NCBI GenBank assembly: GCA_000934665.2
Contig: KZ538022.1
Coordinates: 1 to 64,000, forward strand
Direction of reading: 5' to 3'
DNA: 64,000 nucleotides
Source of the DNA: Catajapyx aquilonaris
Lineage: Eukaryota
A model generated the notes under the pieces. That model ran no database searches and was not told where the DNA came from. It was given only the letters and a program-made list of their open reading frames with translations. The position numbers and the translations under genes are program-made. Positions 52,709-64,000 of the stretch are shown piece after piece (the stretch's first letter is position 1; each line of letters starts with the position of its first letter).

Positions 52709-55700
52709 CTTCCAATATTTTATTCAGCAGTGTCCTCAGAGTCGTAATACCCATGAGACCTAGTACATATATCGACTCATCCTGTGCACGTGTTAAGGTC
52801 AAAGTCAAATGCCAGAATTTGGGGAGAAAATAACCCCCGTGAATATGCACAAGCACTTTTCATATCCACTCTCAAAATTTCATTTCAAAGTGCGTCGACT
52901 ATGTGACTTTTTCAGTTCAGTTTGCGTAAGTATGACGCGTGTATAACTTATCCGAAGTGTCCACGACTGTCTTTCAAGGACCGCTGGAATGGCAGAAACT
53001 CACCCCTATTCTTCTCTGGTCCCCTACTGAACTCGTCCTGAATTCCAAAGAAGCTCGGAACAACTCAAATGTGTCGATATTCTAATGCAACTCATAAATA
53101 GCGGTTCTCTGGGACCCCAATTTGTGCCTATGGGAAGCCTCCACAGGGACATGTATATAAAGAAATATAGGAGCATGTTTTACTGCCTAGTCACATAACA
53201 ACTGTGCCCCCTCGCAATTAAAGATATTGACTAATTAAGCGGGCTTAATTTTAATTAAAACTTTAAATGCAGGAAAAATTCCGGTGGGACGTATTATTAG
53301 CTCTCAATTTTTTTTACCACGTTGGGAAGCTGCATGTGACGTGAATTAAACTTTCAAATGAAGCGCTTCAAAAAAAACCGAGTACTTTGTTATTCCTTGG
53401 CCGTGTCCGTCATCCGGGTAAAAATTCCTGCTCTGTCGCCATGTCCCGGATACGAGAATTTTTTTTGTCCTTTACCTTTTTTTGGGGGAACGTCCCTTTT
53501 CCTTCCGGACCCATCTCTCCAATTAAATTGAAAAGGGGAATAATAAAAGCAAGGGAGGTGAGCCTCATGGCAGCCTTTTTATTGCGTGTAGAGTTTTTCA
53601 GGGGGCTCGGAAATGAACAGATTCGTCAAGTTGGATGACAGGGACGCTTTTATTGCATTTTGGCCACTCATTTTTGGCAAGTTTTTTTTTTGCTTATTAT
53701 AGGAATTTTTAGGCCAGGTATTCCTTTGGCAGTGCGACTCATTAAAAATATAATGTCAAAAATATCGATTGCGGATAATTCGATTTTGGGGTTCGAAACA
53801 CAGCAATTTGGTATTTAAATTGTGGAATGTTTGTTAGCTGTGTGTACTCTTAGACGGATATATTGATTCTTCGATTTGGAGGACGGAACATTGCACCGTG
53901 ACACTAATCCGGTTTATGCAATAAAGCAAAAGTACTGTACAAAAAATATGAAGAAAATATAGACTTTTTTATTTTCGCAGTTTAATGCTTTAAGCAGCTT
54001 TAAGAGTACATAAATATTATTGTCGTTTTTAACTACGAGAATGTAGGCTACTTTTCGAGGTGGGGCCAAAAGGAAATCTGCTGAAATCTAAATTGCAGGA
54101 GATTTAGTTTCAAAATAATCCAAGCAGTTTTAAACAGCGGGAATTAAGATCACATCAGTACATTGTCAAATGTGGAGAAATGTTTTGCCGTATTATTTAC
54201 GAGTCATTTATTAATTATTTACCATTATATTCTTATTGTAAGTTTCTTAATTATTGAATTTTAGACATGCGTGATATTAATCGCAAATATTGATTGAGTT
54301 GAATATTCGCGATGAATGTATTATTTTAAATATTGAAAGTATACATACGGTATGAGCTTTTCGCTCACTGTCAGCTTCCACACATTTGATTGCTGAATGA
54401 ACACATACGCAGTCGTAAGGTATACAATTTTTATTAGTATTTTTAAAGGTCTGTGTCCTCATTGTGATACATTATTGTACAGTTAAAATAATGAAATATT
54501 ATACAAAAAGGATGAGAATCACAAACATGGCGAAAAAACACAATGAAAAAACACGCACTATTTTTTTGTTGGTGTATTATTATTAATTATTATTTTTAGT
54601 GGGCAATTTGTCTAAAATAGATTTTGGGCAAATGCCTGAAATGAGCGTTCGATATGTTTTACATCGATGGAGATACATTACAAGGAAGTAGGAGAGTCTG
54701 GGGAGGGACATTATATACTCTTTTTTTTTGGCACGACTACAAATATAGCTAAATGCAAAGGGAATGAACAGCGGGGGTTAGCTCCTATCGCTTAAAAGGA
54801 TTTAATAGGCTCTACTCTTTTTGTCGTTGCTGCCGATACCCTCAAAACCGAGGCAAAAAATTATTTAAAAAAAACCAACGTCAACCTATTACAATATATT
54901 TTTTCTTCAACCAGGGGGAGAATAGGGGAAAAAACAACATTATCTCTGGGTGTCACCTTTCTAAATATTAAAACCGCCGCGGCCTGAAACCATTTACACA
55001 AACTACCCTTCGCACGGTAGCCTACTAAAAAAACTAGTGTGAGCCTATTTACAAGAATATTTTTCCGTTCTGTATCAGTTGAGGGGAAAAAAATTTGACC
55101 GCACTATGTTCTCTTGTTCATACGCCCCTGCAGGGTTTAATTATTAATTATTTATTCAGGCACCCTGTCCCACACACAGTTTTTTCTTCTTCTTCAAAAC
55201 ACCGACAGACTTACCTCGTAAAGGCATCAGAAGTAACTGGTTTTTCGCCGATAAAGAAAAATGAATTTTTATTTTTCGATGGGGAGGGGAAGGGAATTAA
55301 AGGACATAAAACACTGGTGTCGTATTAAACTCTTATCGAACACATTATTATCCAAAGGTGAGCATTCCTTTACACCAAAAAAGTGCGCCACCGTTTAACC
55401 AGCCCACACCTCCATTACTATTTTATCCAAATAAAAACTGTTCCAAGATAATGTACACATACACATCGATTTCGTGATAATGTGACGATTGTTTATATTT
55501 TTACCAAGTGCCGCGTTCATAAGGAAGACGTAGATAAAGGTACAGTAGGGTCAAGGAGAAAGGGTGAGGAAATATTATGCACTGTCCACTGATGAAGAGA
55601 AATTAACAGTCAGAAAAATAGCGAAAGAAATAATTATTAAGCAGGAAACAAAAGGCGAAATTACACGGCTGATATTTTTTTTCCTGTTTTACTATTGTGA

Positions 55701-58142
55701 TTGTCTTGCAACAAGTTTTGGGTGTGTTTATGTCACCGCCGGGCAACCACATGTGTACAAACACTGAACATTGTAAAAGGGTTGGGGGGGGGGGGGATTA
55801 AAAATTGTCCATTCACCAAGTGTTTATTTCGCAACGAAAAAGAAAGAACAATTCGGCCATTTATTTTTTATATATTTTTAAAAATCCATTTTGTTAAAAT
55901 TCTACACCCAACACGGAAACCCACGCTCCTGAGAATATTGTCACAACCCATCGATAGGTATTTCAGAAACTGACAAACACATGCAAAAAAAATGTACTTT
56001 TTTATTTTTTAAGTACTTATGCCTACTATCGTGTAAAATGTGGGAGCAAAGAAAAAGTATGCTACACGTGCCTCTGATATGGAATTAAAACAACACGGGG
56101 TGCGTAACATTACGACAATAATTTTTTTTTGCGTAAAAAAAAGAGAGAATAATGCACATGTACAACGTCGCTTTGTATGGGATTCAATATAACACAACAT
56201 CGAGATTTCTTTTATTCACAACCGAAGAATTAGCATGGTAATTAACAAACGCAAAAAATTAGTCCTGACTAGTAGTGTTTAGTGCACAGAGTGGGGGGGG
56301 GGAGAGATGTATTATTAATCGTCGCCACTTTTGTCGTCGTGGAAACCTCATTAAAATGTTCTTTGCTCGCATTAAACGCTTCTTGCCTTTTTCTCTTCTA
56401 TTGAAAAGGCATATTTTGCAAATGAATTAACAGCGATCCGTCTTGATTTAGGGAGAAATAATGACGGAAACTTAAGACCCTCCCCAGTATCTCGAAAAGG
56501 AAGCAGATTAAAAGGGGAAGGGGGGTCTTACGAAGCTGGGGCGGCAGAATTTGAGTAGTATTTCTGGGGTGTATACAGCCAGTCTTGAAAAGCCCCCTCC
56601 CCAACCCGGAGGAAATAAACGGCTTGACTATAACTCTGTGCAAACTTGCTGGTGCCATTATGTCCCCTGTATTTACATCTTCTCTCGGCACACACACACA
56701 CAAGAAGAAAGAAAAAGGAAGATGTCTCCTCCTTCAAGGAAAAGCTGGTTTTGCATGTAAGGCGGGGGCATTATTGTGAAGAGACCATTATTGTGCCAGC
56801 AGCCTGCAAATTTCTGCTCGGATAACTTCTGCGGAGAAGTACTTAACGTTGGAAAATGATGCTAAGACGCAGCAAATGCAATCCGATTGAGCCGAATACC
56901 ACTAGTGTGTGTGTGGTGGACCAAAAGTGCATTGTTGCTTGAGGGCACGGACCTCAACACATTTAGAAGCAAAAAAAAAACCCCTAGAGGGGAAACTTAA
57001 AAGCAGCGTAATTATCAAAACAAGTACAGTACTTCCGGCTATAATTACACGCTAAAAGCATTACTTGCCTCCAGGTGTAATCTCTCCTAAGGATTTTTAT
57101 CATGCCCCCCAGCACTGAGATTGTAAACAAAACAAAAAAAATCACTCAGCTTTGCGCTAGGTGAGCATATAATACGCAGTACAAGGTGTACCAAAAAGTA
57201 ATGACCACACTATAGAAAACTGATCGAAAACTCAATTGTTTGCGCGATGGAAATAAAATTGGATCCAGAAAATAATATTTGAATATCCAATCAGCGAAGA
57301 TGGAAAATGCCAAACATAAATACATTTTGTATTACCAGAGAAGTTCCTACCATGTTCCACATCACGAGTTCAGTCATTATTAGTTTCTTTCGCTCCCAGG
57401 ACGTCTTCCTGTCCGGTTCCGTGACTCAACAAATGAAGACACGTGAAAGGTGCTTAAATATTACAGAAAATCACACAAAAAATTAAAACGTGGAATGTTT
57501 ACCTTCATCAGTGTCTGTGTGTGTGTGTAAAGTCTTAGTGAGCGTGATGGCGTCGTCGTATCCGAACAAGTCTTTTTTCCGACAAGAAGGGAACTCATAG
57601 AAGGCACAGTGTCGTAAAATTTATAACCACGTAATTAGCCGGTCATGACACCATTTTTTTCGTTGGTTTAAAAAGGAGGGTGGGAAATAGTGAGAAAAAA
57701 ATCATCACGATATGGTTTCGTTAACACTGAAAAAATTCCACTTGTCTCCGACACTGACACCTGTAGTGACGATAGGGGAAATACGAGTGTTGTATTCTCT
57801 CCACACACTGTCCGAAGCATATTCCAAGAGAGACAGATTAAGGCAATAAGAATCTCAGCATTGTCTTAAGAGAAAGAGGTGAGCGAATTTTTATCCAGTT
57901 TGTTTTTATAAAGAAACGAAACACCGAGTCACAACCATTCCTCGCACGCACACACACTCACACACCGGTACGCAACTATTAAGAGGAGGAAACCCAAACA
58001 AAATAAAATCACAGCAGATTTCTAAAACACATCCCCCAATCGCGCAGAGGAACTGCCGTGCTTATTCTTGGTAATTAGCGCTATTATTTTTATTTGGTGT
58101 GATATGTCGTGTGGGGGCTTTTAATTTTTTTTAAATTTGGGT

Positions 58143-58445
58143 TTAAGGCGCACCTGGAACGTAACCGAGGTTCTTTCTCTGCAGGAATAGATGAATCTCT
58201 GCGAATCTGGGTCTGAGTGTCTCTTCGCGGCGCCAACACTCGCACAGGAGGTCATATATTTCCTTGGGGCAGTGACCCGGCCTTCCAAGCTGCCTGGGTT
58301 GACCCTCAGGCTGCAACCAGAGGCTGCTGTTGGCGATGACCTGCTCGTTGGTCAGCTCCGCAAAGGGCGAGTGCTGGGCCAGGGTCAGAAGCTCCCAGAG
58401 GGTCACGCCGAACGCCCAAACGTCACTCTTGGACGAGAATTTGCC
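58143..58445 (-). CDS. Ddr: DDR-type receptor tyrosine kinase, last coding exon
   Basis: ttttcag| GKFSSKSDVWAFGVTLWELLT...CPKEIYDLLCECWRREETLRPRFAEIHLFLQRKNLGYVPGAP*. It is 303 nt, phase 0. The HLFLQRKNLGY tail is typical of invertebrate DDRs. Confidence 0.92.
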   Translation of the reverse strand, partial: GKFSSKSDVWAFGVTLWELLTLAQHSPFAELTNEQVIANSSLWLQPEGQPRQLGRPGHCPKEIYDLLCECWRREETLRPRFAEIHLFLQRKNLGYVPGAP

Positions 58446-58496
58446 CTGAAAATGACCCAAAGAACGTATAGGTTAGGTTAGGTCAGGTTTGGAGAA

Positions 58497-58804
58497 GATC
58501 TTTACTACGCGACGAAATGGTGGGAATCGGCGTGGAGGAGCGCGGCAGTTCAGAGAGTGCGTCTGAATGGATGGACCGAATTCATGTGAAGCCCGGGTGC
58601 ATATCGCCATGGAAAAGCCACAATAACGTTCGTTGACCTGCAGCGCTTCAAAACGAACAGTAATTTTTGCGATTAATTCCGCAATTGACGAAACTACAAT
58701 GCGACGTACCGTGCCTGCAGGGTCACAAAGAAAGCAAAAGCCATTCGAACGCGCTCTCTGAACTGCCATCCCGACTCCTGCCACTTACGTAAGTAGTAAA
58801 GATC
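58497..58804. mobile_element. MITE with ~65-75-bp TIRs in the last DDR intron
   Basis: gatctttactac...ggcagttcagagagtgcgtctgaatgg pairs with ccattcgaacgcgctctctgaactgcc...gtagtaaagatc. Confidence 0.8.
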
Positions 58805-58837
58805 AGCCAGGATAGGTTAGGTTATTAGGCCACTTAC

Positions 58838-58979
58838 CAATAATAAGCTTTCCCACGACATCCACCGGATCGGAAGCAGTGCCTTGGTGTCGCTGATGTA
58901 ATAATCAGCCGAGTACTGGTTCCTGTACATACCATAGTCGGTTATTTTGATGCTGAAGTTCTTGCCCATCAGGCAGTTC
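58838..58979 (-). CDS. Ddr: DDR-type kinase, penultimate coding exon (activation segment)
   Basis: gtatag| (R)[47 protein letters not shown] |gtaagt. It is 142 nt and its phases join correctly to both neighbours. It is absent from the ORF track. Confidence 0.92.
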
Positions 58980-59055
58980 CTATACGAGAGAGAGATTTAA
59001 AAACAATGGGCATTTATCATCCTGCTTTTGAAGTCCAGGGTTAGGATTGACGTAC

Positions 59056-59148
59056 CTGGTGGCCAGATCTCGGTGAACGAAGTCGAGCGACTCCAGATAT
59101 TTCATCCCGGAGGCAATCTGAGTCGCGATGTAAATCAAGCAGCCGTAA
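59056..59148 (-). CDS. Ddr: DDR-type kinase, catalytic-loop exon (further upstream exons not found in the window)
   Basis: tttcag| [30 protein letters not shown](R) |gtacgt. It is 93 nt and is followed by a 76-nt GT-AG intron (58980-59055). Confidence 0.92.
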
Positions 59149-59351
59149 CTGAAACGAGAGAAAAAAAAGAGCGGCTCGGTTTTATACCCTGTGATTTACC
59201 GGTGCAACAAGTTGATCGGATCGCTGTACACGAAGCCAGGCCCCGTTTTTTATCGACACTGAAACAGGCTGGTTCATATGCCAAGTCACTGTCCATGTAG
59301 TACCACATCCCTCAAATAAATGGCGCAATGCCACTCTCAGTGTCGTGCGAG

Positions 59352-59730
59352 ATATTTATTGGATATTCTAAGTTAATATTTAGCTAATATTTAATGTGTT
59401 GCCCAATACTTAATATGTGTTACCTAATATTAATGTTTTAGCTAATATTTAGATATTTTAGCCAACAATATATTTTAGCTAATGTTCATTGAATGTTTTA
59501 GCTAATGTTCATTGAATGTTTTAGCTAATGTTCGTTGAATGTTTTAGCTAATGTTCATTGAATGTTTTAGCTAATAGTCAGTTAAATTTTAGCTAATATT
59601 TATTATTGTTTTAGCTAATGTTCGTTGAATCTTTTTGCTGGTAGACTTAAACTTTTAGCGAATATATGATATGTTAGCCCATATTTAACATTTAGTCAAT
59701 ATTTTATTGTATTTTATTTATATTTTGAAT
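59352..59730. repeat. AT-rich minisatellite, 23-bp unit ttttagctaatgttcattgaatg
   Basis: Four near-perfect units at ~59474-59575 with degenerate flanks, inside a DDR intron. Confidence 0.85.
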
Positions 59731-61119
59731 ACCCCGTCATATGGGCGAGGCTCTCTCGGGGGGACACAGCTCCACTAAAACAATGAAGAATGTAATAGAA
59801 GAAGAAGAGTATTTTATTCAGATTTTATCTGATCCCGGACAAACAGAGGCACAGACCCCGATTTTGGGGGACCCTGTTGCTCCAGTAATTTTCTCCGCCC
59901 TCCGGAAAACGGTGTGGGCGGGCCAAGATGCAAATGAAGGATGCCTCGCGTGGGTTTTGTGCTCTCAGCGCCAATAAATCCGGGGCCCTAGAGTTTTTGG
60001 GGAGGAGGGTGGTGGGGCGGCCCGCGGGGCGTCCATTTGTGCTGATTACAGGTCCGGCCCCCGCCACCTGTCGGCCCTCATTAGCACCCCAGGTAATTGC
60101 ATTTTTCTCGCCCCGCCACCCGTGAAATTGATTCCCCGCACTCCGACAGAGAAACCCGGCCAGAAACAAAGGGGATGCCTTAACCTCCCGGAGGGAAACA
60201 CTTATTTCAAGACAACAATGGGCATGTTACACGTACAAGGCACGTTGTTCCCAGGGATTTGTGGCAACCCTCGTGGGGGATGTCGGATTATCGGATTGAT
60301 CAGCCCCACAGTTTTTCCCTTCCGATCATCGGGAAAAAAGGTCGACGTGTGATAAATCCCTGGTGGTTTTGCTATCAACCAAAGTGAAGCGCCGCGAATC
60401 ATTAAAAAGCCAAACGCTGACTAGCTAGGAGCAAAAGCCATTTTTAGCTCGCAAGCTGTCGACTGATTTTGTAATTGTTGCCCATTAGTATCCTATTAAT
60501 AGAAGAAATAAAAAATTGTAGCATCATTTTACACAAAAAGTTGAGGGCATTGAACTGAACATTGCTCCAGTTTGAGAGAGAGAGAGAAAAAAAATGTCGC
60601 AGTTTGTCTGCAAATTACCGCGCAAGTGAGAAATTGCAAAGGTCCAAATGTGCCAACCAAGCAATTTTCGGGTGCAAAGCATAAAATGCCTTCTGCATCA
60701 CCGCCATGGAGCGAAAAAAAGAGAAGACGCAAGAGAGAAAAGTGTGAGCGTTGAGACCTAATCCTTTCGGCAAAGGAAACTGGCTGCAATTTCATGCCCA
60801 GAAAAACTGGCGGTTTTTCTCCTCCTTTCTGCGAACGCGATTTTTTTTTATTTTTTTTTTGCGTGCCAACCCATGGAAAAGTAGCATCAGTCTCTGGTGC
60901 ATTTTGGCTCTTCTGTTCACACTTGCCGAAATTAAAATGGAAAACTCCCTTATTATTTCACCTGTCATGTGGCCCGAGAAATGAGTCCCAGGCACTAACT
61001 ATTCCTAAACTGCAATTGAAGGCCCGTTTACTTCAAAGGAAATTTCTGGCACCGTCTTGGGCCCACTTTTGGATCCTCTTAAATGCAGCTCAAATGCTTC
61101 AGAAATTCGTTATACCTAA

Positions 61120-61690
61120 AAAATTTAGCTGATAATTTTACTCAACATCTTAGCTAATATTGCTACTTTTCCTGTAAATTTTTTTCCCATAATCTCCATG
61201 AGATGTCATGATTAGGCCTATGTGTTTGAATATTTTTGATAATACGAGTAGTTGTATATTCTGGCTAATATTTTCACTCAAGATCTTTGATAATATTGTT
61301 TCTTAATATTTGAGCCAATAAATACACTCGATGTTTTAGCTAATATTTGCTTGATATTTCAGTTATTATTTGCTTAATATTACATTTCATCCAAAATTTA
61401 AGTGATGTTAACCTAATATTTTACTCAATATCTTTGCCCGGTTACCAGGTACTTAATATTTTGTATAACAGTTAGTTTAATATTTTCGCTAATATTTTGA
61501 CTAAATATCTTAGCTAACATTGTTACTTAATATCTACAGCCACTGAATCTTTCTTTTTGATGCTTTATAGCTAATATTTGACTCGATGCTTTACTTAATA
61601 CTTGTATTAACTTGACATTTTAGCCAATATTTTACTTGATGTTGAGCTAATATTTTACTTAGTAATATTTCAGTTAATATTTTAGTGTTT
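61120..61690. repeat. Degenerate AT-rich array of ttagctaatattt-type units
   Basis: Same core as the 59.4-59.7 kb array but more diverged. Confidence 0.7.
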
Positions 61691-64000
61691 CCTAAACGTT
61701 GCAACTTAGAAATTAGCATCGTAGTACTGTCTCAGTTCCTAAACCCGAAAACGGACGTTTCATTTGTAGTGCAAATTTTGTTATTTCAGAAGTGAGACGG
61801 CCTTCAACTATGTCCTGAGAGTTTTGCATCCCGTCATAATTTCGTGTGGCCTGTGGCGCAATTTAAAAAAGCGGCAGTGTCCTTGCCCCAAATTTTTGGC
61901 CCCTCTCCACTTGGCATGTTGTGTACCAGGACAAGAAATTAAAAGCAGTAATTGCATGAATTTCATAACAAGGCCAGTTAACCCTGTGTTTTTTTTGGAG
62001 GTTGGAAGAGGCTTTACTTTTTAATCATTTGCGCACGCTTCATTTAGTGCATAATTAACCGACAATTAATTTGACTGCTCCCAAAAACGTGTGACAAGCG
62101 ACTAATTGCAGCTGAACGCACTTGAGAGATTTAATAGCGTGTGGCGTAATCGGACAGCCATAAGTGACTCCACCTTTTTGTGTGTATCACTTATTCAAAT
62201 TTTTTGGAGAGAGAAAAAAATACACTTGAACCCTGAGGGGGCGTCTGGAGAGGGCAGGTAATTAATTTCCACCAGCTAATTATATTTTTAACGGCCGCTT
62301 TTCATTTGAACTCTGGCTAATTCGGGGGATCGTTCAGGTGCAGCTTATTCATCTGATCAAATGTGCTTAGTAGGCCAATGAGCGGTTGCCCACATTCACT
62401 GGTTTATATAGGGAGTGCAGGGTGGGTGGGAGGTTCAAATTATGTTGGGTGGGTATGGCAAGAAAATGGGTGCTAAGCAGACTGGTCCAGTTACTTCCTA
62501 TAATAACACGGACGGCTACCCATTTCGGGTTCAGTCATCAACAAGCCTTACATCAAGTACAGGGTGAATCGTCGAATTTGTCGAGACCTATGCAGGAAGT
62601 AGCCAGGACAAGTTTTTATATCATTGCTTTTGTAAGTAACAATAAGTGCAAGTCTTGTGCAGTGTTTGTTACTTGAAGTTTGCAACAACTCAAATTAAAT
62701 TTTAATTGAGAAATGAAAATTTCAATCAAAATCATAATACCATACAAATTGCAAATCAAATAAAAAATTAAAATTAAGAAATTCTGTAATTAATATTAAT
62801 CCGAATGAAATGAACTTAAATGGGCAATTAAATTAACAATTGCATCAAAATTAATCAATCTAAAATTAATGAAATCCGATTATATTCCCAATTAACAATT
62901 AAATAATTCATAATTAAGATGCAATTATTAAGAAAATGAAAAATTGAAAAATTAAATAACAAATAAACAATTTAAATACAACTTAATGACAATATCATTG
63001 CTTTTGACTTCTATTTTAAAACGGTAGTCTATATTTTAAATTTTTGTAATACTGTATTTTTTCATTACTCAATTTCAATATAATATTTGATAATATACGA
63101 GTAGCATTTAAAACTAGCAGCTTTGAGACAAAATAAGGGTAACTGAATCGAAAAATGACACTAGAGCACATTTTTCCTGCGAAAACAAGTCGGATGGCCT
63201 TGAACCTGTGCGATCTCATCCTGCAAATTGCGCAACCCACGCAGCTCTTTTGCAACACAGTTTGCCTCCATGTCGGGCGCCAACTTCTCATTGTTTAAGT
63301 ACGGCTCACCCTGTTGATCCCCGCACACATATTTGATCACGATCTTTGCATACATCGCCGGAAGCCCAGCTCGGATCGTGCCCAATAAGACTTGGTCCGA
63401 GTCAAAGCCTAATCAGAGGGTTTTCTCCCATGGAGTGTGATGATGGCCTGCTTGTTGTTCCCCCTGCGATCAGGGGGACAGATAAAACGAAAAACAATGG
63501 CTTGTCCAGGGGAAAGGTGGCGTGTTTCACACTTAATCACCGCGTTTTAAAATACTATAGGCGGAGTTTATATTTGGCGCATGTTTTTTTTTCTTATGCG
63601 AACGAAAAAAATTGGTATTTTTACAAGCCTTTGATGTCGTGCCACCAGCTGACTTTTTGAGATACATTCCCTCCCCTATGCAAAAATTGGCAAAATACGC
63701 GCATGCGTATCTTTGAAATTTATTATGCCGGACGGATGTTTCGGACTTCAAAGAGAGTAAAAAGCCGGCCGGCGGATGAAAAGTGCCAAACAGTTTGTAT
63801 GGACTTGTTTTTCACTTCCGACCTGGATGTCACTATTATTTACTATATCATATTTTTCATATCATGTCCGTCAGTGCACAGTACTTGAAACCAATGCGCG
63901 TATCAAGCGGTCAATTTTTTTTTCTCTCTCTCTCTCTCTCTCTCTCCACCGCTGTGTTTGTAAAGCTTTCGGACCACTAAGGCCATTTCCACCACCGCTG

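Noticed and set aside
58446..58460. ORF-track start 'MGHFQ' for the kinase ORF
   Set aside because: This is intron sequence upstream of the ttttcag acceptor; the exon starts at 58445.
58468..58824. 13-bp direct repeat as the MITE's target-site duplication
   Set aside because: The repeats do not abut the TIRs (16 and 7 nt away) and are simple TTAGG-type sequence.
63161..63500. GC-richer ORF-like patch as an upstream DDR exon
   Set aside because: No kinase subdomain I-V motifs were found in the frames read.

Overview
Eukaryotic, most likely arthropod, genomic DNA that is mostly non-coding. There are two clear protein genes, both on the minus strand. One is the last three coding exons of a discoidin-domain-receptor (DDR)-type tyrosine kinase (59148-58143), which has DYG in place of DFG. 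The other is an intronless divergent ionotropic receptor ORF (52708-50633) with no visible signal peptide. The first ~7 kb is a decayed, intron-containing, Cys-rich coding region built from shuffled duplicate blocks. By eye it resembles the CxC region of KDZ (Kyakuja-Dileera-Zisupton) transposases, but this is an inference. A second partial copy lies at ~44.4-48.4 kb. It is interrupted by a 25-bp-TIR DNA element, which in turn carries a 5'-truncated RTE-like LINE with a 9-bp target-site duplication. The 7-44 kb interval has no convincing coding exon and contains several palindromic MITE families, tandem arrays, microsatellites and a perfect 79-nt palindrome. No rRNA, tRNA or CRISPR array was seen. 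All alignments were made by eye.
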